Program-made: the position numbers and the translations under genes | In this document: piece after piece, positions 25,801 through 38,667 of the stretch | Position numbering within the stretch: the first letter of the stretch is position 1 | Layout of the letters: each line of letters begins with the position of its first letter | NCBI RefSeq assembly: GCF_964355755.1 | Contig: NC_092680.1 | Coordinates: 10,602,001 to 10,666,000 of the forward strand | Length of the DNA stretch: 64,000 nucleotides | Direction of reading: 5' to 3' | Source: Antedon mediterranea | Lineage: Eukaryota; Animalia; Echinodermata | Notes under the pieces: generated by a model | The model's input: only the letters and a program-made list of their open reading frames with translations | Told to the model about the DNA's origin: nothing | Databases searched by the model: none

Positions 25801-26970
25801 AAAAATGCAAAAAGCAAATCAAAAGCTTGAGGATTTACGAAATAGCCTCTCCTATGCACTTGTTGGACAAAAAGCAAAACCTCAAGAAATAGCTGAACTT
25901 GGTGCAAAAATAAATCTGAAAAAACAAGAAGTCATGGATTTGGTATGTTTCATTTTTATTTAATTACCGTACACACTAAAATAATAATAGAATTTACAAA
26001 GAAAATTATTCTGTCTAAATTTAAAGGAAACATCATTAAACCAAGACCTGAAATTTGGTTGCGGCCCATTGGCAACGAAAATGGATGAGGTCCTCAGACA
26101 AAACAAAATCCCTAGGCAACAGTACCACGGCAAAAGTTTTGTTGGCAACCATGTTCATAGAGCATGTAAAGTGAGTATATTGAATAGTGCAATCCAACAC
26201 AATGTACCCAGCTGCATTTATTAAAAAAAAAGGATGCAGAATAACTAAAAAGTTGTATATACCTTTATATATTTGTTTTTTTTTCCAGTCAAATATAATT
26301 GACAAGCTATTTGATGGTGTTGATGTAACACTCAAACAACAAATGTACCAGTGCCCAGAAAATTGCAAACGCCTCCTTGAAGTAAAATTCAAGAAAATCC
26401 AAGATTCGTTTACGCCAGTGTTTTCAACATTTAGTAAAGTGCACACTGCTATCAATCATACACGATCTATAACTGACGAAGAGATAGACACATATGGTAA
26501 ATTTCAGTTGTAAATGATAAAATAATTATTTAAGATTAGTATCAATATTCACAATAACAATACAAGGATATTGATAATGCAATCAAAATTAAATAATTAT
26601 GAATACATTGTTACCATGCAGGTATGTTATTACCATATATGTTACAATATGCTTTTTTTCCACAGAAAGTGCTATAAAACTCTTTTCAAAAGAGTACAGG
26701 AGAGTTGCTCCTAGAGTAGTCCAGCCAAAGCTACACATGTTAGAACATCATTGTATCCAGTTTATGAGGGAATGGAAAGTTGGTATCGGCTTACTAGCCG
26801 AGCAGGGAGGTGAATTAATTCACGCTGAGTTTAACAGAAGGAAACGGTCAGTGTATGGGATGAAGAGCCCCCTAGATCAATTAGTATCAATTATGAAAGC
26901 TCATTTAACATTTATAGATCCAACAATCCAAGACACAATCCAGAGGAAACGGAGAAAAGATGAAGAATAA
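22814..26970 (+). CDS. Spliced RAG1-like (Chapaev-type) DDE transposase, 897 aa, 11 coding exons: 22814-23629, 23769-23917, 24057-24266, 24663-24914, 25034-25110, 25209-25405, 25517-25643, 25734-25942, 26027-26170, 26289-26496, 26666-26970
   Basis: All 10 introns are GT-AG with compatible phases and there is no internal stop (2694 nt). Exon 1 has H..ALSSICFDCG, PDRLCSTC, QPHEEERCLTC, a C3HC4 RING (CLIC..PCGHFFCTHC..CFSC) and a following Zn finger, in RAG1 order. Core motifs are GGDKGG, GDYDFLCRIYGL..GKYSCIYC, PALHISLG, FVGNHVH, PKLHMLEHH and GLLAEQGGE. ATG is directly preceded by an acceptor (ttcccacag), implying a 5' exon. Confidence 0.9.
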
Positions 26971-28356
26971 TTAAATGTACAAGTATGCATTGTGCCAACA
27001 TTTTAATGCAGGTTACATTTAATGTTGTTTTGTTGTAAATAGGAAGAATGAGTTAACTGCCTGCTGAGGTTAATTTTGAAAGGTATTATAAGATAAGAAA
27101 GTTTAAATTTGTGTAATGTTAATAATAGTAGTTTTGCCAGACATAAGCATTTTAATGCAGGTTAAATTGTATGTTGTTGAAATTTATGTAATGTTAATTA
27201 ATGAAATAACTGCCTGTTAAGGTTTATTTTTAAAGGAATAAGAAAGTTAATTTATGTAATGTTGTTGAAAACAATATTCATAAATACTGTAATAAAAAAT
27301 TTTAATTCTTTATGTTACTTATCTGTGCAAAGCTAGCTATATTCATCTTAAACGCTATATCATCATTAGACATTGCGCGTATCAGTTGTATTTTTGCCAC
27401 TCTGTATGCATGAGCATGTATAGGTCCGCATGTGAAAAATTCTGTTTACTTTTTGATGTTTGCCATCCATTTTTTTTTCGTTCTTCCTTTTGGTAGCAAT
27501 ATTACCTGTAGTATAGACTTAAGATAGGTCTAAATAAAAAAATAACATATATATATTATTAGGTTTATATAACAGAACGGGTTTTAATGCAGGTTACATT
27601 TTATTTTGTGTTGTTGTAAATAGGAAGAATGAGCTAACTGCCTGTTGAGGTTAATTTTGAAAGGTATTATAAGATAAGAAAGTTTAATTTTATGTAATGT
27701 TAATATAATATAAAGATGAAAAATAATTAAATGTACAAGTATGCATTGTGCCCAATGCGTGCATTAAAATTTTAATGCAGGTTACATTTAATGTTTTGTT
27801 GTTGTAAATAGGAAGAATGAGCTAACTGCCTGTTGAGGTTAATTTTGAAAGGTATTATAAGATAAGAAAGTTTAAATTTGTGTAATGTTAATAATAGTAG
27901 TTTTGCCAGACATAAGCATTTAAATGCAGGTTAAATTGTATGTTGTTGAAATTTATGTAATGTTAATTAATTAAATTACTGCCTGTTAAGGTTTATTTTT
28001 AAAGGAATAAGAAAGTTAATTTATGTAATGTTGTTGAAAACAATATTCATAAATACTGTAATAAAAAATTATAATTCTTTATGTTACTTATCTGTGCAAA
28101 GCTAGCTATATTCATCTTAAAAAATCATCATTAGACATTGCGCGTATCAGTTGTATTTTTGCCACTCTGTATGCATGTATGCATGAGCATGTATAGGTCC
28201 GCATGTGAAAAATTCTGTTTACTTTTTGATGTTTGCCATCCATTTTTTTTTCGTTCTTCCTTTTGGTAGCAATATTACCTGTAGTATAGACTTAAGATAG
28301 GTCTAAATAAAAAAGAACATATATATATTATTAGGTTTATATAACAGAACGGGTTT
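26956..28356 (+). repeat. Internal tandem duplication of the transposase 3' end/3' UTR (~630 bp) with a partial third copy
   Basis: 26956-27584 is nearly identical to 27712-28356. 27583-27706 repeats the start of the unit. AATAAA occurs at 27291 and 28040. Confidence 0.9.
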
Positions 28357-29301
28357 GCCTAGACCTAATGATACTTTACTTACTGTAAACAGGCATCTTT
28401 AGCCTACTGTAGTACCGGTAGATCGCCTGGCCTAGGATAGTTCTTGTAATTTCTGTTTGAATTATGCTTATTATTTATCAGACCCACATATGATATTGAT
28501 ATGAATGATGTAGGCCTAGTAGTATGCCACATATATAATAATAGAAATAGCTAGCCTAGCTAGGTCTACCCCTTCTTGACTAGCCAGGAGGGTTTTAGGC
28601 CATACCACAACTACTTCTCCCTAGCTAGCCTACCCTCTTAACTTGGGCGGTCCAGACCAGGCCTAACTAATTAATAAATAATAGTCTAGGCCTAGGCGGC
28701 GGCTTAGCAGTAGAATTAGAATTCGAGGTAGCAGTTAAAACAGGGCAGGTCTAGCCTAGTAAGTACTGTGTGTGTAGTAGACCTAGAACTGTGTAGTGTA
28801 TTACACGTGCGCGTGGAGACTGGAGAAGGCAAAAATTTTCCTCTAGGCTTATAAATAGCATAAATTGAACCGGCCATAATTTAAATTTCAGCCGGCACCT
28901 TTTGAAAAAGTCAATGTTTCAACAATCACAAGGATCTAAATTACCAAACCCTACAGCAGGTTTATCGTGAAAAATACATTTAACCAAGATATATAAAAAC
29001 AAATGTATACCTACTTTCGACTGTGCCTACGTAAGACGCATTTTATGAAAATAATTGGAATTGACCTCAATTTCTACACTCAAAATCAGCATGTCATCAA
29101 TCGAATAGGTTCAACAACAACATGGTTTCTGTCCCGGCTGTTGTATTAATGAATATTCATAAGTTTATTTCAGCTCTCGGTCTATATTTATTTCTTATTG
29201 GTTGGTTTTATAACGGTCAAATTATGAGTAATCAGCTTCCGGTATACACACATGGATTCGCGTTTAAATGTTTGCGAGTGGTAGCTCCACAATGCACCGC
29301 T

Positions 29302-29349
29302 CTACCGTTGGCGGCGCGTGACTTAATTCATATCTTTGAAACAGCCGTG
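29302..29349 (-). repeat. Right bipartite TIR: 14-bp terminal block, 11-bp spacer, 23-bp inner block
   Basis: Minus strand reads CACGGCTGTTTCAA-agatatgaatt-AAGTCACGCGCCGCCAACGGTAG. The inner block is 18/23 identical to the left one. Confidence 0.85.
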
Positions 29350-30769
29350 TCTCTCTCGCTGATCTATCTGTGTCTCGCTGATATATCTCTCTCTCTCGCT
29401 GATCTATCTCTCTCTTTCTCGCTGATCTATCTCTCTCTCGCTGATCTATCTCTCTCTCGCTGATCAATCTATCTCTCTCTCTCGCTGATCTATCTCTCTC
29501 TCTCTCTCTCTCTCGCTGATCTATCTCTCTCTCTCGCTGGTCAATCTCTCTCTCTTTCTCGCTGATCTATCTCTCTCTCCCGCTGATCTATCTCTCTCTC
29601 TCTCTCGCTGATCTATCTCCCTCTCACTGATCTATCTCTCTCTCGCTGATCTATCTCTCTCTTGCCGATCTATCTCTCTCTCGCTGATCTATCTCTCTCT
29701 AGCTGATCTATCTCTCTCTCTCTCGCTGATCTATCTCTCTCTCTCGCTGATCTATCTCTCTCTCGCTGATCTATCTCTCTCTCGCTGATCTATCTCTATC
29801 TCACTGATCTATCTCTCTCTCGCTGATCTATCTCTATCTCGCTGATCTATCTCTCTCTCGCTGATCTATCTCTCTCTCGCTGATCTATATCTCTCTCGCT
29901 GATCTCTCTCTCTCTCTCTCGCTGATCTATCTCTCTCTCGCTGATCTATCTCTCTCTCGCTGATCTATCTCTCTCTCGCTGATCTATCTCTCTCTCGCTG
30001 ATCTATCTCTCTCTTGCTGATCTATCTCTCTCTCTCGCTGATCTATCTCTCTCTCGCTGATCTATCTCTCTCTCGCTGATCTATCTCTCTCTCGCTGATA
30101 TATCTCTCTCTCGCTGATCTATCTCTCTCTCGCTGATCTATCTCTCTCTCGCTGATCTATCGCTCTCTCGCTGATCTATCTCTCTCTCGCTGATCTATCT
30201 CTCTCTCGCGGATCTATCACTCTCTCTCTCTGATCTATCTCTCTCTCGCTGATCTATCCCTCTCTCGCTGATCTATCTCTCTCTCACTGATCTATCCCTC
30301 TCTCCTCGATCTATCTCTCTCTCGCTGATCTATCCCTCTCTCGCTGATCTATCTCTCTCTCGCTGATCTATCTGTGTCTTGCTGATCTATCTCTCTCTTG
30401 CTGATCTATCTTTGTCTCGCTGATCTATCTCTCTCTCGCTGATCTAACTCTCTCTCGCTGATCTATCTCTCTCGCTGATCTATCTCTATCTCGCTGATCT
30501 ATCTCTATCTCGCTGATCTATCTCTTTCTCGCTGATCTATCTCTCTCTCGCTGATCTATCTCTCTCTCGCTGATCTATCTGTGTCTCGCTGATCTTTCTC
30601 TCTCTCTCGCTGATCTAACTCTCTTTCGCTGATCTATCTCTCTCTCGCTGATCTATCTGTGTCTCGCTGATCTATCTCTCTCTCACTGATCTATCTGTGT
30701 CTCGCTGATTTATCTCCCTTTCGCTGATCTATCTCTCTCTCGCTGATCTATCTCTCTCTTGCTGATCTA

Positions 30770-30800
<31 letters not shown>

Positions 30801-30965
30801 TCTATCTCTCTCTCGCTGATCTATATCTCTCTCGTTGATCTATCTCTCTCTCTCGCTGATCTATCTCTCTCTCGCTGATCTCTCTCTCTCTCTTTCTCGC
30901 TGATCTATCTCTCTCTCGCTGATCTATCTCTCTCACGCTGATCTATCTCTCTCTCCTCTCGCTGA

Positions 30966-31002
<37 letters not shown>

Positions 31003-34000
31003 TCTATCTCTCTCTCTCGCTGATCTATCTCTCTCTCGCTGATCTATCTCTCTCTCGCTGATCTATCTCTCCCTCTCACTGATCTATCTCCCTCTCGCTG
31101 ATCTATCTCTCTCTCGCTGATCTATCTATCTCTTGCTGATCTATCTCTCTCTTGCTGATCTATCTCTCTCTCTCTCTCTCACTGATCTATCTCTCTCGCT
31201 GATCTATCTCTCTCTCTCTTGCTGATCTATCTCTCTCTTTCTCGCTGATCTATCTCTCTCTCTCGCTGATCTATCTCTCTCTCTCGCTGATCTATCTCTC
31301 TCTCTCGCTGATCTATATCTCTCTCGCTGATCTATCACTCTCTCTCTCTCTGATCTATCTCTCTCTCGCTGATCTATCCCTCTCTCGCTGATCTATCTCT
31401 CTCTCCTCGATCTATCTCTCTCTCGCTGATCTATCCCTCTCTCGCTGATCTATCTCTCTCTCGCTGATCTATCTGTGTCTTGCTGATCTATCTCTCTCTC
31501 GCTGATCTATCTGTGTCTTGCTGATCTATCTCTCTCTTGCTGATCTATCTGTGTCTCGCTGATCTATCTCTCTCTCGCTGATCTAACTCTCTCTCGCTGA
31601 TCTATCTCTCTCTCTCGCTGATCTATCTGTGTCTCTCTGATCTATCTCTCTCTCGCTGATATCCATCTCTCTGTCACTTATCTATCTCTCTCTCGCTTAT
31701 CTATCTCTCTCTCGCTGATCTATCTCTCTCTCGCTGATCTATCTCTCTCTCGCTGATATATCTCTTTCTTGCTGATCTATCTCTCTCTCGCTGATCTATC
31801 TCTCTCGCTGATCTATCTCTATCTCGCTGATCTATCTCTATCTCGCTGATCTATCTCTTTCTCGCTGATCTATCTCTCTCTCACTGATCTATCTCTCTCT
31901 CTCGCTGATCTATCTGTGTCTCGCTGATCTATCTCTCTCTCTCGCTGATCTAACTCTCTTTCGCTGATCTATCTCTCTCTCGCTGATCTATCTGTGTCTC
32001 GCTGATCTATCTCTCTCTCGCTGATCTATCTGTGTCTCGCTGATCTATCTCCCTCTCGCTGATCTATCTCTCTCTCGCTGATCTATCTCTCTCTCGCTGA
32101 TCTATCTGTGTCTCGCTGATATATCTCTCTCTCTCTCTCGCTGATCTATCTCTCTCTCGCTGATCTATCTCTCTCGCTGATCTATCTCTCTCTCTCGCTG
32201 ATCTATCTCTCTCTCGCTGATCTATCTCTCTCTCGCTGATCTATCTCTCCCTCTCACTGATCTATCTCCCTCTCGCTGATCTATCTCTCTCTCGCTGATC
32301 TATCTATCTCTTGCTGATCTATCTCTCTCTTGCTGATCTATCTCTCTCTCTCTCTCTCGCTGATCTATCTCTCTCGCTGATCTATCTCTCTCTCTCTTGC
32401 TGATCTATCTCTCTCTTTCTCGCTGATCTATCTCTCTCTCTCGCTGATCTATCTCTCTCTCTCGCTGATCTATATCTCTCTCGCTGATCTATCACTCTCT
32501 CTCTCTCTGATCTATCTCTCTCTCGCTGATCTATCCCTCTCTCGCTGATCTATCTCTCTCTCGCTGATCTATCCCTCTCTCCTCGATCTATCTCTCTCTC
32601 GCTGATCTATCGCTCTCTCGCTGATCTATCTCTCTCTCGCTGATCTATCTGTGTCTTGCTGATCTATCTCTCTCTCGCTGATCTATCTGTGTCTTGCTGA
32701 TCTATCTCTCTCTTGCTGATCTATCTGTGTCTCGCTGATCTATCTCTCTCTCGCTGATCTAACTCTCTCTCGCTGATCTATCTCTCTCTCTCGCTGATCT
32801 ATCTGTGTCTCTCTGATCTATCTCTCTCTCGCTGATATCCATCTCTCTGTCGCTTATCTATCTCTCTCTCGCTTATCTATCTCTCTCTCGCTGATCTATC
32901 TCTCTCTCGCTGATCTATCTCTCTCTCGCTGATATATCTCTTTCTTGCTGATCTATCTCTCTCTCGCTGATCTATCTCTCTCGCTGATCTATCTCTATCT
33001 CGCTGATCTATCTCTATCTCGCTGATCTATCTCTTTCTCGCTGATCTTTCTCTCTCTCACTGATCTATCTCTCTCTCTCGCTGATCTATCTGTGTCTCGC
33101 TGATCTATCTCTCTCTCTCGCTGATCTAACTCTCTTTCGCTGATCTATCTCTCTCTCGCTGATCTATCTGTGTCTCGCTGATCTATCTCTCTCTCGCTGA
33201 TCTATCTGTGTCTCGCTGATCTATCTCCCTCTCGCTGATCTATCTCTCTCTCGCTGATCTATCTCTCTCTCGCTGATCTATCTGTGTCTCGCTGATATAT
33301 CTCTCTCTCTCTCTCGCTGATCTATCTCTCTCTCGCTGATCTATCTCTCTCGCTGATCTATCTCTCTCTCGCTCATCTATCTCTCTCTCGCTGATCTATC
33401 TCTCTGTCGCTGATCTATCTCTCTCTCGCTGATCTATATCTTTCTCGCTGATCTATCTCTCTCTCGCTGATCTATCTCTCTGTCGCTGATCTATCTCTCT
33501 CTCGCTGATCTATCTCTCTGTCGTTGATCTATCTCTCTCTCGCTGATCTGTCTCTCTGTCGCTGATCTATCTCTCTCTCGCTAATCTGTCTCTCTGTCGC
33601 TGATCTATCTCTCTCTCGCTTATCTATCTCTTTCTCGCTGATCTATCTCTCTCTCGCTGATCTATCTCTCTCTCGCTGATCTATCTCTCTCGCTGATATA
33701 TCTCTCTCTTGCTGATCTATCTCTCTCTCGCTGATCTATCTCTCTCTCGCTGATCTATCTCTATCTCGCTGATCTATCTCTCTCTCGCTGATATATCTCT
33801 CTCTCGCTGATCTATCTCTCTCTCGCTGATCTATCTCTCTCTCTCTGATCTATCTCTCTCTCGCTGATCTATCTCTCTCTCTCGCTGATCTATCTCTCTC
33901 TCGCTGATCTATCTCTCTCTCGCTGATCTATCTCTCTCTCGCTGATCTATCTCTCTCTAGCTGATTTATCTCCCTCTCGCTGATCTATCTCTCTCTCGCT

Positions 34001-34023
34001 GATCTATCTCTCTCTTGCTGAGA

Positions 34024-34107
<84 letters not shown>

Positions 34108-36796
34108 GCTGATCTATCTTTCTCTCGCTGATCTATCTCTCTCTCGCTGATCTATCTCTCTCTCTCGCTGATCTATGTCTCTCTCGCTGATCTATATGTG
34201 TCTCGCTGATATATCTCTCTCTCGCTGATCTATCTCTCTCTCGCTGATCTATCTCTCTCTCGCTGATCTATCTCTCTCTCGCTGATCTATCTCTCTCTTG
34301 CTGATCTATCTCTCTCGCTGATCTATCTCTCTCTCGCTGATCTATCTCTCTCTCGCTGATCTATCTCTCTCTCGCTGATCTATCTCTCTCTCGCTGATCT
34401 ATCTGTCTCTCGCTTATCTATCTGTCTCTCGCTGATCTATCTGTCTCTCGCTGATCTATCTGTCTTTCGCTGATCTATCTGTCTCTCGCTGATATATCTG
34501 TCTCTCGGTGATCTATCTCTCTCTCGCTGATCTATCTCTCTCTCGCTGATCTATCTCTCTCTTGATGATCTATCTGTCTCTCGCTGATCAATCTGTCTCT
34601 CGCTGATCTATCTGTCTCTCGCTGATCTATCTGTCTCTCGCTGATCTATCTGTCTCTCGCTGATCTATCTGTCTCTCGCTGATGTATCTCTCTCTCTCGC
34701 TGATCTATCTCTCTCGCTGATCTATCTCTCTCTCGCTGATCTATCTCTCTCTCGCTGATCTATCTCTCTCTCGCTGATCTATCTCTCTCTTGCTGATCTA
34801 TCTCTCTCTTGCTGATCTATCTCGCTCTGGCTGATCTATCTCTCTCTCGCTGATCTATCTCTCTCTCGCTGATCTATCTTTCTCTCGCTGATCTATCTCT
34901 CTCTCGCTGATCTATCTCTCTCTCTCGCTGATCTATGTCTCTCTCGCTGATCTATCTCTCTCTCTCTCGCTGATCTATCTCTCTCTCGCTGATCTATCTA
35001 TCTCTCTCTCGCTTATCTATATCTCTCTCTCTCTCTCGCTGATCTATGTCTCTCTCGCTGATCTATCTCTCTCTCTCGCTGATCTATCTTTCTCTCGCTG
35101 ATTTATCTCTCTCTCTCGCTGATCCATGTCTCTCTCGCTGATCCATCTCTCTCTCTCGCTGATCTATCTCTCTCTCTCTCGCTGATCTATCTCTCTCTCG
35201 CTGATCTATCTCTCTCTCGCTGATCTATCTCTCTGTCGCTGATCTATTTCTCTCTCGCTGATCTATCTCTCTCTTTCGCTGATCTATCTCTCTCTTTCTC
35301 GCTGATCTATCTCTCTTTCTCGCTGATCTATGTCTCTCTCGCTGATCTATCTCTCTCTTTCTCGCTGATCTATCTCTCTCTCGCTGATCAATCTATCTCT
35401 CTCTCTCGCTGATCTATCTCTCTCTCGCTGATCTATCTCTCTCTTGCTGATCTTTCTGTCTCTCGCTGATCTATCTGTCTCTCGCTGATCTATCTGGCTC
35501 TCGCTGATCTATCTGTCTTTCGCTGATCTATCTGTCTCTCGCTGATATATCTGTCTCTCGCTGATCTATCTCTCTCTCGCTGATCTATCTCTCTCTCGCT
35601 GATCTATCTCTCTCTTGATGATCTATCTGTCTCTCGCTGATCAATCTGTCTCTCGCTGATCTATCTGTCTCTCGCTGATCTATCTGTCTCTCGCTGATCT
35701 ATCTGTCTCTCGCTGATCTATCTGTCTCTCGCTGATGTATCTCTCTCTCTCGCTGATCTATCTCTCTCGCTGATCTATCTTTCTCTCGCTGATCTATCTC
35801 TCTCTCGCTGATCTATCTCTCTCTCGCTGATCTATCTCTCTCTTGCTGATCTATCTCTCTCTCGCTGATCTATCTCTCTCTCGCTGATCTATCTCTCTCT
35901 CGCTGATCTATCTTTCTCTCGCTGATCTATCTCTCTCTCGCTGATCTATTTCTCTCTCTCGCTGATCTATGTCTCTCTCGCTGATCTATCTATCTTTCTC
36001 TCGCTGATCTATCTCTCTCTCGCTGATCAATCTATCTCTCTCTCGCTGATCTATATCTCTCTCTCTCTCGCTGATCTATGTCTCTCTCGCTGATCTATCT
36101 CTCTCTCTCGCTGATCTATCTCTCTCTCGCTGATTTATCTCTCTCTCTCTCGCTGATCCATGTCTCTCTCACTGATCCATCTCTTTCTCGCTGATCTATC
36201 TCTCTCTCTCTCGCTGATCTATCTCTCTCTCGCTGATCTATCTCTCTCTCGCTGATCTATCTCTCTGTCGCTGATCTATCTCTCTCTCGCTGATCTATCT
36301 CTCTCTCTCTCGCTGATCTATCTCTCTCTTTCTCGCTGATCTATCTCTCTTTCTCGCTGATCTATGTCTCTCTCGCTGATCTATCTCTCTCTTTCTCGCT
36401 GATCTATCTCTCTCTCGCTGATCAATCTATCTCTCTCTCTCGCTGATCTATCTCTTTCTCTCTCTCTCTCTCGCTGATCTATATCTCTCTCTCTCGCTGA
36501 TCTATCTATCTCTCTCTCTCGCTGATCTATCTCTCTCTCTCTCTCGCTGATCTATCTCTCTCTCTCTCGCTGATCTATCTCTCTCTCTCTCTCGCTGATC
36601 TATCCTCTCTCTCTCTCGCTGATCTATCTCTCTCTCTCTCTCTCTCTCTCGCTGATCTATCTCTTTCTCTCTCGCTGATCTATATCTCTCTCTCTCGCTG
36701 ATCTATCTCTCTCTCTCTCTCGCTGAGCTATCTCTCTCTCTCTCTCGCTGATCTATCTCTCTCTCTCGCTGATCTATCTCTCTCTCTCGCTGATCT
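29350..36796. repeat. Satellite A, continued
   Basis: Same unit, with distinct variants (tatctgtctc, tatgtctc, gatcaatcta) enriched toward the right edge. Confidence 0.98.
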
Positions 36797-37101
36797 TTGG
36801 CTATTTTTCCAAAAAAATTCTTTGGTCCCCCGCAGTGAAATGGTCGACTAAATGGTTTTTAAACGATGTTTATGAAAAACTTAACAGTCATTGAGTTGTT
36901 ATATTGGCCAGATATTGAAGAATGAAATATCTATTTTTATATTATGAAAATCATCTTTATTTACAACTGTATACAAATTACATTATTTTCTTCGTGCAAG
37001 TCCGACTTGAACTACGTCATGCCATAGCGACAATGGCAGATGTGGAAATTCACCAAGCGATGGAATGTTTAGGGGGCCTAGCGCTTTCTTGTCACGCTAT
37101 G

Positions 37102-38667
37102 AAGTTGTATCCACCTAGAGGACTTATGTTAGTACTATGTAATTAAAGTACATTATTACAGAGATTTTTTTTTTCAGAAATCAAAGTTATGTGTATAGAA
37201 AGCAGTACTCGTTATAAAAACTAAGCAGGTTGTACTCTTGAACGCAAAATAAAAAACCTGAATAAATGTTTATACATACATTATAAATGAAATAAAATAA
37301 CTACTATTTTAGTAATGCATACACAAGTACAGAATATCAGAAATCAATGAATTATGTGTCTAAATATGGCATTATTAGGCTAATTTGGTTTGAGAAAAAC
37401 ATTAATGCCATTGGCCTATACAAAAAATCAATGCAATTAGAGAAAATAGTTACATAAACAATTAATACTAATATTGGTAGGCATAAAATAATAGTGTATA
37501 TAAACTTTCCTTAAATATAAACAATACCTTACCAATTTATTCAATACATAATAATTATATGAACTATATTACACAAAAGAAATATAAATGAATTTATAAG
37601 GACATGATGATTATCAATATAATTTAATATTATGTTCATATTATTATATTATATCACAGAGATTTTCAAAAACATAGTTTGGTAACATTTAGTTTCTGTT
37701 TCAGACCTTTAATATTTGGAAATAACCTATAATAATTATAAAACATTCTTGTTTTCAATGCCATTATGCGGTTAAAAACAAGTACAGCAGCATGCATATG
37801 TAGATACAGTACACCTATATATTGTGAGAACATAATTTCAATAATTTCTTTGTTAGTTATCAACCTAGGGGTTAAATTATTAGGAAAACATTGGTTTATT
37901 TTTTATATGTGTACAGAAATTCGTTCTTCTAGCCTCAGATCATTCCTGAAGTTAGACATAAATCACATAAATTAGTATTAAGTAATGGATATTAGATGAA
38001 GTACAGTACAAATACATGTTTCAGGAGGATACTTTATGTTAAAGGTGATAATTAGTTTAAATGTTACCCCAATGAAATTTATTCAATTACCAGGTTGAAG
38101 TAGTCTGGTGGAAACACTACTATATGTACTCATGTAGAAAACAGTCAGTTTTACCAAGGTTAGAGGTGGGTGCCAACATTTGAGATAAGTGGAAACATGA
38201 CCTTTTCAATAGTAAATTCATTACCAGCATTATAAATAAAATGTTAAAAAGATGAGAATGCAAGTAAATATTAGATTCATAGTCCTCATTATGCAAAATG
38301 GCTTTCTACTATCACATTATTAAAATATAAAACAATCATATAGCCTTTAATAAATTTACATGGAGGTCTATCCAAATAAATCTAAATAAAAGGGTCGTAA
38401 TATGTCTTTGTCTCCAGTTCGTAGAAAATGAACAAAAAATATTCAAAATATCCTGCCAGTTTGCGTTCAGTACAACCTGCTTAGTTTTTAATACGAGTAT
38501 TGCTTTCTATACACATAACTTTGATTTCTGCAAAAAAAAAAAAAATCTCTGTAATAATGTACTTTTTAATTACTGTAATAATCTAGGCATAGATTATGTT
38601 GACCAGGCCAGTGAGAGGACGATCGACTGTACAGTACTACCATAAGTCCTCTAGGTAGATACAACTT
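37102..38667. repeat. Pair of ~145-bp imperfect inverted repeats around 1.2 kb of AT-rich DNA (foldback/MITE-like or inversion)
   Basis: 37102-37248 (aagttgtatccacctagaggacttatg...ggttgtact..tgaacgcaaa) is inverted at 38460-38667, which has a ~60-bp insertion. No clear TSD. Confidence 0.7.

Larger units (their letters stand above)
21978..29349 (+). mobile_element. 7372-bp RAG1-related DNA transposon (Chapaev/N-RAG-TP type), apparently autonomous
   Basis: Termini CACAGCTGTTTCAA and TTGAAACAGCCGTG (13/14 inverted match). Flanks are compatible with a 4-bp TSD (tctc) in satellite A. Encodes an intact spliced transposase. Confidence 0.9.

Noticed and set aside
27375-27510. Minus-strand THAP-like peptide LPKGRTKKKWMANIKK
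   Set aside because: Followed by a stop, needs a frameshift, and lacks the CSxHF and N-terminal CxxxxC motifs.
26971-29300. RAG2-like gene, which would make the element a ProtoRAG
   Set aside because: No kelch or PHD-like exons found. More than half of the interval is a duplicated 3' UTR, and core motifs and TSD fit Chapaev.
36922-37146. Possible host exon (74-aa ORF)
   Set aside because: No recognisable domain or partner exons, and it runs into an inverted repeat.
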